Source: Eledone cirrhosa (taxonomy: Eukaryota). Taken from it: DNA of 64,000 bases. Positions 1 through 13,733 of the stretch are shown in pieces. The notes beneath the pieces are model-generated. The model was not told where the DNA came from and ran no database searches. It worked only from the letters and a program-made list of their open reading frames with translations. Numbering within the stretch: the first letter of the stretch is position 1; each line of letters starts with the position of its first letter. The DNA lies in contig OZ024741.1 in NCBI GenBank assembly GCA_964016885.1, positions 134,416,001 through 134,480,000 on the forward strand. Reading direction: 5' to 3'. The translations under genes were made by a program, and so were the position numbers.

Positions 1-1377
1 CCAGTAATGTACTGGGTAATTGCTGGCCTTGTGCCAAAAGTAGAAACAATTATTATTATACCTCTCACACAAACACACATACATACATACATACAGACAG
101 ACACACAAAGACAAGCAGAAAGACACACACAAAAACAGAAAGACCCACAGACATGCACACAGACAGAGAGACATTCCAACTTTGTAGCAGGCAGTGACAT
201 ATATAATGAAAAGTAGACACTGATATTGCGAACTTGGTTCACCAAAAGCCTTTGTCTCTACTGAATAAATGATTCAGTGGATTTAATAGAACAAAAGTAT
301 ATACAACAAATTCAACAACACCTAATTGGCAAAAACAGACTTGAAAGAAAGTGAAATCATGAAATATGTTGTTATAATTATTTCTAATTATATATGTTAT
401 AACAGATGATGTAATCTATTAATTAAAACTTCTGTATTATAGAATCCACACAGCTATTCCTCCTATTGATGTTGATAATAAAAGATAAAGATTCCTTAAC
501 TAATAACAATTATAAATGTATGATGTGGTATTCATGCATTTCCCAAGAATATTTAACACATTAACCCTTTACATTATATTTACTATTGTATTTTCGTGGT
601 AAAGGCTTTATCGCACATAATATCGAAGCTATGAGATTTTGATATCATTTATTTTGAGAACAATACCATAACATCAGTATGAGTGGCCTGTTATGGCCAG
701 TTTGAAGAGAAAGAGGTGAGAGAATTCTGGCCGGATACGGCCGGTTTAAATGCTTAAGTGTTAAATAAAACAGTTGGAACAATGTATTGATAAATGCGAT
801 TATTGGAGCACTTTGGCTGCCTCATGCATCTCAAGACACGGGAGCTTCTAAGTCTAAGTAAATAAATTAGTTACAACAGCAAATCTAAACTGTGTAATGG
901 AGTTGTCACAGACTGGTTAGTACTCAAGAGAAGCTCAGCCCTAGGTGGGCTGGTAAGGGTAATGCAAAACACTAGGTGTTAGGTGTATTTGTGATGAGGT
1001 TCTTGAGGTTTGAAGCTTTCAGATTTCAATGTGTCTTTCTTTATTTTTTTGTGTGCCCAGTGAATATGATGGGTTAAAAAGGGGTGAAACTGGTGGTTTA
1101 AGTAGAAAGTGTGTGTTTTTTATTTTGTGTTTTCGCCTGATTAGTGTAACATTATCAGGTTTATAATACTAATGCATATTAAACAGTTGTAATCATCATT
1201 ATTGTAAGAAAGTTCAATTCCCGCCGAAGTTAACTTTGCCTTTCATCCTTACGGGGTCGATAAAATAAAGTACCAGTAATACACTTGGTAATTGCTGGCC
1301 TTGTGCCAAAAGTAGAAACAATTATTGTAAGAAAGTTTATCTTTCATTGAGTATGTAAAAGTCCTTATCTATCAGTG

Positions 1378-1650
1378 TGAAGGCACGTGGCTTAGTGGTG
1401 AGCATGTTCAGCTTACAGTCATAAGGTCACAAGTTTGATTATTGGCATCGCATTGTGACTTTCAGCAAAAAGCTTTATTTCACGTTGTTCCAGTTCATTC
1501 AGCTGGAAAATAATTAGTTGTAGCTGTGATCCAAATGGTTAGCCATGTCACACACTGTGAAATTCTCAACCACTTGCATGTTAATTTCACAAGGAGGTTG
1601 TCCTGTTGATCAAGTAACTGGAACACTCATCGGGATCAATTGAAATCCAA
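1378..1650 (+). mobile_element. Decayed tRNA/CORE-type SINE
   Basis: tggcttagtgg A-box; tttatttcacgttgttccagttcattcagctg core shared with the 6.9 kb and 28.4 kb copies. Confidence 0.55.
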
Positions 1651-4537
1651 CAAAAAAATAACTATGAGGTTGTTGTTTAACCCTAAATCAATTCCAGTTG
1701 AGCAGACTGATGATCAAAAGCTTTCCATCTTTTTTTCCAGACAGTGTACCTAGGACTACATTGTCTAATGTGTTCTGTAAAGTATTAGACTATGTTGTGG
1801 GAGACATTTAGCTGCTATTTCTAGCAGATCGAAGAATGCTATAGAGCAAAATTATCAAACCCATTTTTTACTATAAACCACAGCAAGAACTACCTTTTGT
1901 AATGTAGCCCCATTTTCTGAGAATTTTGTATTGTGGCTGAATGGAGCCCCTCCAAAGGGTCTTCAAAGTAATGTAAATCAATAGAGTGCATAGCTCAGAG
2001 TCACTCAAGGTAAAGCTGCTATTTCTCTGAATCAAAAAATCACAGCTCTCTGATACTACTGACGTGGTAAGAATATCTAAGGAAAGAATGACTGGAAAGA
2101 TTTTATGATCAAAACCAACTGATAGGAGACCCAGGAGTAGACAATGAGCAAGATGGTTGGCTAATATCCATGAGCTTGGCTGGTCTTGCTTGGGGATCCA
2201 GCTTGATCAATTGGAGATGGTTGCTTCTGACAGGACCCACTGGAAGGAATGTTTGTGGATTCTGCCCCTATGACCCTCCTAGAGATAAGGAGAGGGAGGA
2301 GGAGAAGAGACCCTATATCTAGAAATGATTTCTTAATATCATGTCCCATTATATTAATATTGCATCCCACTAATGGGTTGAAACCAACAGTTTGAAAAAC
2401 TCTAATCTAGAAGATTCTTTGTTGGTTTCATGCATACATAAATGTCACCCGGATATTTTTTTTAAAGATTTTACTGCCACATAATCAGTAGAAACACATA
2501 TCATATGAATCACTTTTCAGGAAACAGATTATCACACACAAACTCAAACCCATGCATGCCCCACCCATACACACAACAGCCTCCCTAGTGTTGGTGACCT
2601 ACACAATAAATGCACACAGTATATGCTGTAAAGTGGTTGGTAATAGGAATGGCATACAGTCATAAAAATGTTGCCAAACAAAGGGTTGGGAGGACTCTCA
2701 GTTGTGTCAAAAGACATGGTGACCTCTCTTGTGCACTCGGTAGGATGTGAAACTGCACATAAGTGAGGTACGGATCTTTCACCTGACCAAGAGATCAGCA
2801 GACTCGTTTCAGTACTGACTTGTAAACCCATCCAACCCTTGCTAGCAAGGAAAGAGGACATTAAAAACAACAGTGATGATGATGATGATGATATACAATG
2901 CTTTATATGGTTATTAAATCAATCCTCATAGTTGAACCCTTGGAAAAATGAAAGGCAAAGTTTACCTTGGCAAGATTTGGACTGAAAACAGTGCCATAAC
3001 TTAACACCAGCCAGTTTAACCAACAACACTTCCAATACAAATATTTATAGATCTTTGAATGTATGTTGACAATTATACAGTGTATAAATACAGTGTATAA
3101 ATAGGCTAAAGTATTTATATAAACAATCCAGTGTGTGGTTAGTGCAAGGTGCTTAGCATGTGGTGCATGTGTGACATGATGTGCTGTGGTTGTTTATGTT
3201 TGTGGTGTGTAATGAGATATTTGAAGTGTGGTGTGTGTGTGATTGCGGTATGTGGGGGTGGAGGTGCTTGTGTGTATGGTGCATGTTTGTGTGTTGTGTT
3301 TAAGATATGTTAAGTAATTAAGTTTTGTCTGCCACAAAGAGATACCGCCTAGATGAGACTGATGTCATGTGACACATTGTATAAATTGTCTAAAATGAAA
3401 GAGATACAACAGCCAGACAGTGTAACACAAGTGGTAATGTGAGAGAGAAAAGATAAATTTCCATGAAATTTTATACATTAAAAATGCAATATAATGGAAA
3501 ATATAGGAAACTCAGGCACAGAAAATAACTGTAAACTCAGTTGATTGAGATAAATAATGGTTTCTGATTTATACACAAGGCTAATCATTTTGGGAGAGGG
3601 AAAAGTTGATTAAATTGCCTCCAGTACATTACTGGTGCTTTATTTTATTGACCCTGTTAGGATAAAAGGTAAAGTTAACTTTAGCAGGATTTGAACTCAG
3701 AACGTAAATGGACATAATTATATGCCACAAATAATAGCTTAGAAAATCAGGTAAAATACCCTTACAGACGAAAAAGATTGTCCAGCAGCCACAGGCCACT
3801 TTTCCTGCCCACCAGGGTATTTTATCTGATTCTTACATTTTCTATGAATTTCATAACTACTCAGCACTTCACTGGTTCAATACTTTGGTATATAATGATA
3901 TAATGGTTTATAATTTAGGTACAAGGCTAACAATTTGGGGCAGGGGAGGGGGGAAAAGTCGATTATATTGACCCAGTACATGACTAGTACTTTTTCTTTT
4001 TATTCACCATAGACGGAAGTAAGGCAAAGCTGAGCTCAGTAGGATTTGAACTCAGAATGTATAGGACCAGAAGAAACCGATTCTGCCAAACAGACAGTTG
4101 AAACTAAGTACTTTTGAAACTAAGATGTTTAATTAATACTGTCAATCAGTATATGTAATTAGTGTTACAGTTTGTAAACTACTAATAAGCAGGAGCTACA
4201 TCACCACTGTTTAACATCAATTTTTCCAGATTTGCATGGTTTAGATGGGTTGCCACGTTATGAAACAAGTCAGGTCCGGAGACTACATCTTGCTCATACG
4301 GATTTGTATTTTGGTTTGGTTTCTACAGCTGAATGCCCTTCCTACACCGACCCCGTTAGTGTGGACTGGGTGCTTTTTATCATGGCACCGAAATGACAAC
4401 CTTACAGGATGAACTGGGTGCTTTTTATCGTGTCATCAGCATGATCACCCTACAGTGTGTTGTTGTGGCACTGGATCAGCAGTAAGAAAGCCACAATAAC
4501 AGCAACAAAAATCAATAGGGTCGATTATGACATAATC

Positions 4538-4890
4538 TGGTTAGGTTCCTATTGAGTGCTAATGATAACATACACCCTAAAACAAACTGTCACATGGTTA
4601 AGTCACTATTGAGTGTTACTAGTAAGGTGTAACCCCATACAACCCGTCACATTGTGGGTTGCTCTTGAATATTACTGTTAACTAGTAACCCAATACAACC
4701 TGTCAACTAGTTGGGTCGCTGTTGAGTATTACTGTTAACATGTAAACCAGTACAAGCTGTCAGCTGGTCGGGTCGCTATTGAGTGATACTGGTAACATGT
4801 AAGCCAGTACAACCCGACACATGGTTGGGTCACAATTGAGTGTTACTGGTAATATGTAACCCAGTACAACCTGTCATGTGGTCAGGTCAT
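4538..4890. repeat. About 57-bp minisatellite, about 6 diverged copies
   Basis: Consensus ggttgggtcgctattgagtgttactggtaacatgtaacccagtacaacctgtcacat. Confidence 0.85.
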
Positions 4891-5436
4891 CGGTGACAAA
4901 ACCAGCAAACCTACCAAGAAGCTTGGTGGGGTTGACGGTTTTTGTATATCCTCCCAGATAAAAAGCAAAATCCATCAAAAAGTGTAAGAACTACGGAGAG
5001 TCAACAGACATCTAAAAAAAAAAAAAGGTAGTCAGAGTTTGTTAGCCATGGTTGGCAGACTGTCTAAGAAGGATCACTTTAATTTCAAAACCAAGGTGAC
5101 ACCCTTTCAAGTGACTAATAACTTCCTCCTCGTGATGAAGTTTGGTACATGTTCATATACTAAATTAATATACAAAACCAGTTTGGTACATGCTAAGAAA
5201 CTATAGTAGTGAACTAATAAGACAAATATTACATGGACTATATTAGTCAGTAGACATTATTTACAACACTGAGGAATTGAAATGAAAAAAAAAAAAAGGT
5301 TATATATTTTTACTTTATCTTCACTTCCAAGTGTGAGCCTAACAAGACTGTTTTTGCATCTATATAGCAAGGAAAGCAGATGTTAAAACCAAAAAATATT
5401 CAGTTACTCTAGAGTTTCATCAAAGCACTCACAAGA

Positions 5437-5484
5437 TTGTCTGATGATCCTGTGAATGCCTAAGTGAAACCCGAGAGTAACAAC
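5437..5484 (+). ncRNA. Minimal type-I hammerhead ribozyme motif (PLE pLTR)
   Basis: ttgt CTGATGA ... GAAAC ccgaga GTA acaa; stem II is weak. Confidence 0.55.
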
Positions 5485-5959
5485 GCTTGCAACTTAGCCA
5501 TTAAATGAATACTTATAATACTTCGATATTGAGTAGTTTTTCTCACATCCATCAATAATACAGACACACAGACATTATATATACTAGCAGAAAAACCGTC
5601 CTTTGTCTGTCAGTAGCAAACATCTCTAACTGATCCAGTTGGATCCCAAAGCGTGACCAGCCAAGCTCATGGATGTTATCCAACTATCTTGCTCAGGGTC
5701 TACCTCTGGGTCTCTTGCCAGGTTGGTTTTGCTTGTAAAATATGTCCATGCTCATAATATCGGAGTTGTGGTCTCTATGCACTTTATCAAGTAACGTTAT
5801 TCCAAAGACCGCTCGGAGGAATCCCATTTTTGCCACTTTTATTTGCAATTGTATTCTTTTGGTCACTTAATTCAGCCTCCTGCATTCCATCACTCATGAA
5901 AACGGCTCCAAGACATTTGAATTTCTAACTGCTTCAGTGGAACTCCATTCACATGTATA

Positions 5960-7760
5960 TAAGTACCTAGCTAAAAGTAAGCCACTCTACTTGGCATTTG
6001 TCGACCTTGAGAAAGCCTTTGACAGAGTTCCACGTGCTGTAGTCTGGTGGGCTCTTAGAAAACTAGGAGTAGATGAATGGCTTGTGAAAGCGGTACAAGC
6101 CATGTATAGGGGAGCAGTCAGCAAAGTTAGGATTAGCAATGAGTATAGCGAGGAATTTAGCGTACAGGTTGGGGTCCACCAGGGCTCTGTTCTTAGCCCC
6201 CTCCTGTTCATCATAGTCCTGCAGGCAATAACAGAGGAGTTTAAGACCGGATGCCCATGGGAACTCCTGTATGCTGATGACCTCGCACTCATAGCTGAAT
6301 CTATGGTAGAACTAGAGAATAAATTCCGAACTTGGAAGCAGGGACTAGAAAGAAAGGGTCTCAAAGACTAAGGTTCTTGTAAGTAGACGAGAAAACAGAA
6401 CCCAGATCCCCCCAGGGAAATGGCCTTGCTCAGTATGTAGGAAAGGTGTAGGTAGGAACTCCATTCTCTGCCCCAAATGCAAACAATGGGTACACAAGAG
6501 ATGTAGCGGGATCTCAGGAAGCTTAATTAAGAATGTAGGCTTCACATGCAGCAGCTGTACTGGGACAGCAAGCAGCAAACAGCCACAGGAAACAAGTACC
6601 ACCAATCTCTGGGAGGGCTCTGTAGAGACAGTAGACAGCTTCTGCTACCTAGGTGACCGAATTAGCAGCGGAGGTGGGTGTTCAGAAAGTACAATAACTA
6701 GGGTAAGAACGGGATGGAAGAAGTTCAGGGAACTACTGCCACTGCTAGCTGCAAAAGGCTTCTCCCTCAAAATGAAAGGCAGACTGTATGATGCGTGTAT
6801 CCGAACAGCAATGTTACATGGTAGTGAGACCTGGGCGCTGAAGGTGGAAGACTTACGTAGATTAGAGAGAAACGAAGCCTCCATGCTCCGATGGATGTTA
6901 AATAGTAATATACGCGAACAACAATCGAAAGGTTGTGAGTTCAATTTTCAGACGGGGTGATGTGTTGTTTCCTTGAGCAAGACACTTTATTTCACATTGC
7001 TCCAGTTTACTCAGCTGTAGAAATGAGATGATAGGGACCCCAGTCTGCAAAGTGGTTGTGGAGGTGCCACGGCAAAAAAGCACCCAGCACTCACTGTAAA
7101 TGAGGTTGGTGTTAGGAAGGGCATCCAGCTGTAGAAATCAAGCCAGAATCAGTTCCCGTCCCACCCTTGCAAGCAGGGAAAAAGAGGACGTAAAATGAAA
7201 TGATGATGAATGAACAAAGCATAAATGAATTGAGAGAGAGACTGAGCATAAGAGGAATCAAATGCTGTGTGCAGGAGAGGCAGTTGCGCTGGTATAGACA
7301 TGTGATGCGTATGAAGGATGACAGCTGCATAAAAAGGTGCAGAGCACTAGAAGTTGATGGAAACCGCGGTGTGGGGAGACCCATGATGACCTGGGATTAG
7401 GTGATAAAAGCCGATCTTACCCAATTACACCTCTCAAAGGCAATGACACGCGACCATGACTTCTGGCGTCACGCAGTAATACAGAGTACCCGACCTCCCA
7501 TGGGTACAAGCTGAAGCATATAGACAATATGCCCCCACCGCAAGGTGGTCGTGGAGGTGCCACGGCAAAAAAGCACCCAGCCCACACTGTAAATGAGGTT
7601 GGTGTTAGGAAGGGCATCCAGCTGTAGAAATCAAGCCAAATCAGTTCCTGTATGAGCAAGGCATGGTCAGCCGACCAGACACTGCCCACAACAGGACAAC
7701 CCGTCTAACCCATGCTAGCGTGGAAGAACGGACGTAAAACGGTGATGATGATGATGATGA
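5960..7760 (+). mobile_element. RTE LINE 3' fragment (RT, PHD, C-terminus, 3' UTR, (GAT)n) interrupted by a SINE
   Basis: FVDLEKAFDRV...LYADD, WPCSVCRKG, QLRWYRHV; frameshifts and stops; same family as the 33-37 kb copy but diverged. Confidence 0.9.
6925..7210 (+). mobile_element. 5'-truncated tRNA/CORE-type SINE with RTE-derived 3' tail, nested in the RTE fragment
   Basis: B-box gagttcaatt, CORE-like ccttgagcaagacactt, then the RTE 3' UTR motif ggttggtgttaggaagggcatccagc and a gat tail. Confidence 0.75.
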
Positions 7761-7954
7761 TAAATTTGAGGGACTTCTGTCCACCTGTCCATCATGCAAT
7801 GTGTATGTGTTTGTGTGAATGTATGTGTGTGTAAAGGGAAGGAAAGGTATACACACATATGTCTAACTTAAAAACAGTGACACACACACACACGTGTCTC
7901 TAATTTAAGAATGCCGACAAACTCATGCGCGCGCACATACACACACTGTCCTAT

Positions 7955-8400
7955 TACCATTTAAGAACTTTGGTCTGGGCAAACATCCCCTCAATTTTGG
8001 AACCATCTGGGTTGTCCTGAATTGATGGGAAAAGACTTGACAGTCTTACTCTGTGCTCCTGGTCAAGAGGCAGGTGCTTTACCTGGGACATCACAATGAG
8101 TGACTCTTTTGCTTCTTCCCACATTCTGGATGCAGCGGTAAGGGCGAGAGCTACAGCATCCGCAGGTAAACGGAACAAAATCCTAAAATACCGTGTTCTG
8201 TCAGCTAACTACATTATCCAGCCTGTGGCGTTCGAGGGAGTCGGGCTACTGACAGCGAGATTCTTATCTTCACTGGCGGCTCACCAAACAGAGGTAAATG
8301 GTGATTCTCGTGAGGGCACTTGGTTGTTCCAACACCTCAGCATCACCATCACCCCAGGTAATGCTGCGAGCGTGCTGGCCTGCCTCAAAAATTATTAGAG
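7955..8400 (+). mobile_element. CRE-like non-LTR retrotransposon C-terminal fragment (restriction-like endonuclease)
   Basis: LEPSGLS*IDGKRLD.LTL..W.RG..TWD.T..D...QPVAFE; degenerate PD..D RLE region. Confidence 0.7.
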
Positions 8401-8559
8401 AGGTTTCCAGTGCTCCTCACTATATTGCTATCTTTTGCTCTGGTAGCAGCTTGTTTTTCCACTCTTTTGTCTGCATTTTGTTCTATGTGGTCTAAGATGT
8501 GTGTATTACATGCTTGTTTATTTTTTCTCTTTCTTTTTTTCCTTTGTATATATTATATT

Positions 8560-8743
8560 GAATTGGCAGTATCGGTAGAGGGTCGGACGCCATGCTTTCC
8601 AGCATAGTTACGTCCCTTTACGGTCTGAGTTCAAATCCCGTTGAGGTTAACTTTGCCTTTCATCCTTACGGGGGTCGATAAAATAAAGTACCAGTAATAT
8701 ACTGGGATAATTGCTGGCCTTGTGCCAAAAGTAGAAACAATTA
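8560..8743 (+). mobile_element. Same SINE family
   Basis: Near-identical to 9332-9522. Confidence 0.85.
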
Positions 8744-9331
8744 TATTTGTTAGTGTTTTCGTTCTGTAACCATTATATTAAATGAGTTTTAAAAAAAAGA
8801 GTTAATAAATAAATAAAACGTTATACTTGTTTTACCCTCCCATTTCACCGAACGCTATCATGACTGTATGTGTGTGTTTGTGTGAAAGTATGTGTATTTA
8901 CGTGAATGTCCGTGAACGTCTATTTTTATAAGTTTGTGTTTGCCCGATTATAGTTATATACTCATACATATAGATGTATGTATGTATGATCACACTCATA
9001 CGCGTCAGCGTGTAGAAAATCATAATCTCTCTATCTCTCTCATCACACACTCTCTCTTTCTATATATATGGTAGTTGAAGTAGTGGTGGTGGCGATGAAA
9101 TACTGGAAGTGTAGAAATGTGAATGAAAATTTGAAAAGAAGTCAATTTTAAATTATTTATGTTTACGAAATTTAGGACATAAATTATGTAATATTCATTC
9201 ATTATTTATTCAAAGCCAAGGTTAACTTTGCCTTTCATCCTTACGGGGTCGATAAAATAAAGTACCAGTAATGCACTGGGTCTTTGCTGGCCTTGTGTCA
9301 AAAGTAGAAACAATTATTTATTCAAAGTAAA

Positions 9332-9522
9332 GGGCGGTGAATTAGCAGTATCGGTAGAGGGTTAGACGCCATGCTTTCTAGCATAGTTACGTCCCTTTAC
9401 AGTCTGAGTTCAAATCCCACCGAGGTTAACTTTGCCTTTCATCCTTACGGGGGTCGATAAAATAAAGTACCAGTAATGTACTGGGTAATTGCTGGTCTTG
9501 TGCCTAAAGTAGAAACAATTAT
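9332..9522 (+). mobile_element. tRNA-derived SINE with Meta-type core; TSD ttattcaaagtaa
   Basis: A-box tagcagtatcgg, B-box gagttcaaatcc, core gcctttcatccttacggggtcgataaaataaagtaccag; TSD at 9318-9330 and 9523-9535. Confidence 0.85.
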
Positions 9523-10084
9523 TTATTCAAAGTAATCCAACTTATTTTACTAACTGGATTAAAAGAAATAAACCGTACGCAGTCCCGCAGACCTTCTTTT
9601 ATTATAGTTTAGATATAATAAAACCTCAAGGAGGTGTTTTCAAATAGTCGCATTATCAACACACACTAACCTTTAACCCCAGTCAGACTAACTCGGACAC
9701 CAATACCTTTGTTTGAGCTCACAATGCTGCTATTTAAATTTCCTGCCTTTGTTTACAAAGAAACTATCAAGCTTATGTTGAATGTTTTCTGAACACTAAA
9801 TCCTTATAAATACAAGAGATGTTGACCTCAGTATAAGGAATCTGCTTTTTGACTCCGACAAGCCTGTTTTTCAGCTGCCACACATTTTGTCATGTAGCCA
9901 CACACACACACACACACTTGTTAGTTAGCTCAGCACTAGCTAGCTACACAACATCAACAAAGGTTTAGTAGAATTCACTACTTTTAAATTCTGTTTACAC
10001 GCACAATCAATAGTATAATTAAATGTGCATCTTCATTCACTTGCCATGGACTCAACCAACAAACCACTCATTCAACTATTTCAA

Positions 10085-10690
10085 CAGGGAACTGGATTGA
10101 TGCCCTGCTTGTGACCAACATTGTTGGCCTTCTCAGTCAAGACGAGCTCCGTATCTCCATTATACTTCGAGTGGGAGCTGAAGTCTGTGGGGGTCTGAGA
10201 TGTCACTGTGGTAGGTCCCTCAACACCACAGGCCTACATGGTTTGTCCTGCCACCTGAATGCTGGTCGTTTCACCCGCCACACTGAGTTAAACCTGATCA
10301 TTAAATGGGCCCTGGCTCGGGTAAATATCCCCTAAGTTCTAGAGCCAGTTGGATTATCCAAAAGTGATGGGAAGAAACCAGATGGCCTTACCCTTTGTCT
10401 CTGGGTAAGAAGGTGTTTCATTTGGGACGCCACAGGCAGTGACTCTTTTTCCCCCTCCCACATCATGGACCCCACAGTATATGTGGGGGTCATTGCTTCC
10501 ATTGCCGAACGGAATAAAATTCGAAAATACCTGGATTTATCAAGTAATTATTTTTTCCAACCTGTGGAGTTTGAGACGTTTGGCAGAGTTGGTTCTTGCC
10601 ATCGCTGGTGGCTTGCCTTTACTGAGGTGTCAGGTGATGCCCGTGAAGGTGCATGGTTGTTTCCAGTGCCTTAGCCTCGCCATCACCCTT
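10085..10690 (+). mobile_element. CRE-like RLE retrotransposon fragment
   Basis: CHCG...HGLSC...RHTELN zinc knuckle, then EPVGL..DGKKPDGLTL and QPVEFETFG; stops and frameshifts. Confidence 0.75.
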
Positions 10691-11179
10691 GACTTGCCTC
10701 AAAGTGTTCCATTGACCCTTATGATGTGTGGTCGATTGTCGCACTCTGTAGTGAATTGGTCGTTTTCGTTTCCCACCACCTTTCTTTTCTTTTTCTTTTA
10801 TGTGTTTATATTTGTGTTTATCAACATTATATTTGTAATTATCTTCTGAAAAAATTGCGAGCAATTTATAATTGTTTCTACTTTTGGCACAAGGCCAGCA
10901 ATTATCCAAGTACATTACTATTACTTTATTTTATCGACCCCGTAAGGATGAAAGGCAAGTAAAGTTAACCATTGCAATTTATAATGTTATTTACGCATTT
11001 GTAATGCGTATATAAGAATTGTGTATACAAGCAGGCCTTGCCCTAAATTTAAAATGACTTAAGGTTAATAAACTTGTGTATATAATCTTACAATTCCTAC
11101 TACACCACCACAAATAAACTAAGCAAGCAAACAATGAAACAGTTCTAGTCCTGTAGAAGTAATTTATATTATATATAAA

Positions 11180-11314
11180 TATATACATATACACACACAT
11201 GTATATACATATATACACACACACACACACATATATATACATATATACATACACACACACACATATATATACATATATACATACACACACACACATATAT
11301 ATATATATATACAT

Positions 11315-11345
<31 letters not shown>

Positions 11346-11474
11346 CATACACACACACACATATATATACATATATATATATATACATACACACACATAT
11401 ATATACATATATATATATATACATACACACACATATATACATATATATATATATACATACACACATATATACAT

Positions 11475-11545
<71 letters not shown>

Positions 11546-12096
11546 CATACACACACACACATATATATATATATACATACATACACACACACATATATAT
11601 ATACATACACACACACACACATATATATACATACACACACACACACATATATATACATACACACACACACACATATATATACATACACACACACACATAT
11701 ATATATATATACATACACACACACATATATATATATACACACACATATATATATATACACACACACATATATATATATACATACACACATATATATATAT
11801 ACATACACACATATATATATATACATACACACATATATATATATACATACACACATATATATATATACATACACACATATATATATACATACACACACAT
11901 ATATATATACATACACACACGCATATATATATACATACACACACGCATATATATATACATACACACACGCATATATATATACATACACACGCATATATAT
12001 ATACATACACACACGCATATATATATATATACACACATACACACACGCATATATATATATATACACACACGCATATATATACATATACACACACGC

Positions 12097-12129
<33 letters not shown>

Positions 12130-12130
12130 A
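11180..12130. repeat. About 950-bp compound (TA)n/(CA)n microsatellite
   Basis: Alternating TA and CA runs, with a CGCA variant at the 3' end. Confidence 0.97.
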
Positions 12131-12666
12131 ATGAAAGGTATAGAAATTGTTTTAGCGAGAAGCTAACAGTATTCCATAACATATATATATATATAATGTG
12201 TTTGTTAAAATTACACTCACTCCAACTTTATTTCCTCATAATTTTCTAAAAAAAATGACATTTTTGCAAAGATACGTTTTTGAATGAATAGATAACGATA
12301 GTATTAATGAATTTTTTAAAACATATATAAGATTTTTTGCTATTCATAGTTTGTACAAATGACATTTACATTATTGTAAAAAAAATTTATGAATGACGCA
12401 GTCCTAGTTGAAATGAAATTTCGTAAACGTTATATTTATTTTTATCTATTTACATTAACAGTCGCATTTATAATTACTATATTTTTTTGATAGTTTTTGT
12501 TGTTAAATAAAAGCCTATTGTTTTCTAATATTACTGGTTATAACATTATCCGTTAACATTAACATGAAGTTGAAGGCTTGGGAAAACATTAACGAAATGG
12601 GTATTAATATAACATAATAATTGTTTCTACTTTTGGCACAAGGCCAGCAATTACCCAGTGCATAAC

Positions 12667-13524
12667 ATAATTGTTTCTTCTTTCGGCACAAGGCCAGCAA
12701 TTACTCAGTGGTACTTTATTTTATCGACCCCGTAAGAATTATGTTCCCTTCTTCGCTTCCAGGTAAATTTTAGAGAAGAAAAAAATTAATTAAATCAACA
12801 TTATTATTTACGCATTCGAAATATATCGGTACAAAAATTTCACTAAGTCCGGCCCAAGGTGGGGATGAGAACAACATTAGTTTATGGAGCTTGCCTTAAA
12901 AATTAGATTACGGCTTGCTTCAAAATTACTAAAGGGAAACTCCAGCGCCCTTTGTGGTGTGTCTTCTCTCACTATATATAAACAAGGTTTAGCAAATAAT
13001 GAAAAAGTTTCAAAATAAATTTTAAAAAATTGACTTTACCTACTATAGTTACCTTTACCGATCGGTTTCGAATCCCAAAAATAAACGGAGACCATACGGC
13101 CTTCGTTGCAAAGAAAGATTCTCGTCAGAAGGTTCTTTTCATTCGAAGAATATAAAATTCTTGAATTTAAATTACGAACTAGCTATCCAAAACTGTTCCC
13201 GAGATGAGAGTGAATGAAGTGGAATCAATTTTTTCACCAAGGGCGCTGGAGTTTCCCTTTAGTAATTTTTAAGCAAGCCGTAATCTAATTTTTAAGGCAA
13301 GCTCCATAAACTAATGTTGTTCTCATCCCCACCTTGGGCCGGACTTAGTGAAATTTTTGTACCGATATATTTCGAATGCGTAAATAATAATGTTGATTTA
13401 ATTAATTTTTTTCTTCTCTAAAATTTACCTGGAAGCGAAGAAGGGAACATAATTCTTACGGGGTCGATAAAATAAAGTACCACTGAGTAATTGCTGGCCT
13501 TGTGCCGAAAGAAGAAACAATTAT
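12667..13524. repeat. Inverted repeat, 286-bp arms (12667-12952 / 13239-13524)
   Basis: Arms are reverse complements with one mismatch seen; the loop holds a hammerhead motif. Confidence 0.95.
13052..13132 (-). ncRNA. Hammerhead ribozyme motif
   Basis: cctt CTGACGA gaatc ... gattc GAAAC cgatcg GTA aagg; all three stems pair; stem III is palindromic. Confidence 0.8.
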
Positions 13525-13544
13525 ATAATTCAAATGTAAAGGAT

Positions 13545-13733
13545 AATTGTTTCTACGTTAGGCACAAGGCCAGCAATTATCCAGTGCATTACTGGTACTT
13601 TATTTTATCGACCCCGTAAGGATGAAAAGCAAAGTCAACCTCGGCGGGATTTGAACTCAGATAGTAAAGGGACGTAACTATGCTGGAAAGCATGGCGTCC
13701 GACCCTCTACCGATACTGCCAGTCCACCGCCCT
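13545..13733 (-). mobile_element. Same SINE family
   Basis: Reverse complement of 9332-9522; flanked by tgtaa(a)ggataat repeats. Confidence 0.85.

Noticed and set aside
5313-5360. Possible minus-strand micro-exon (tatag...gtaaaa) as TMEM106 exon 2
   Set aside because: No frame resembles the expected LVALIP..D.RL.PRRT sequence, and the donor is weak.
9332-9425. tRNA gene
   Set aside because: A and B boxes are present, but they are interrupted and fused to a SINE core and tail in many copies; this is a SINE head.
9671-9745. Possible minus-strand exon ending in gttagt
   Set aside because: No polypyrimidine tract and no similarity to TMEM106.
10991-12182. Long Cys/Val/Tyr/Ile and His/Thr ORFs
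   Set aside because: Artefacts of (TA)n/(CA)n microsatellites that lack stop codons; the same applies at 29.8-32.1 kb and 54.5-54.9 kb.
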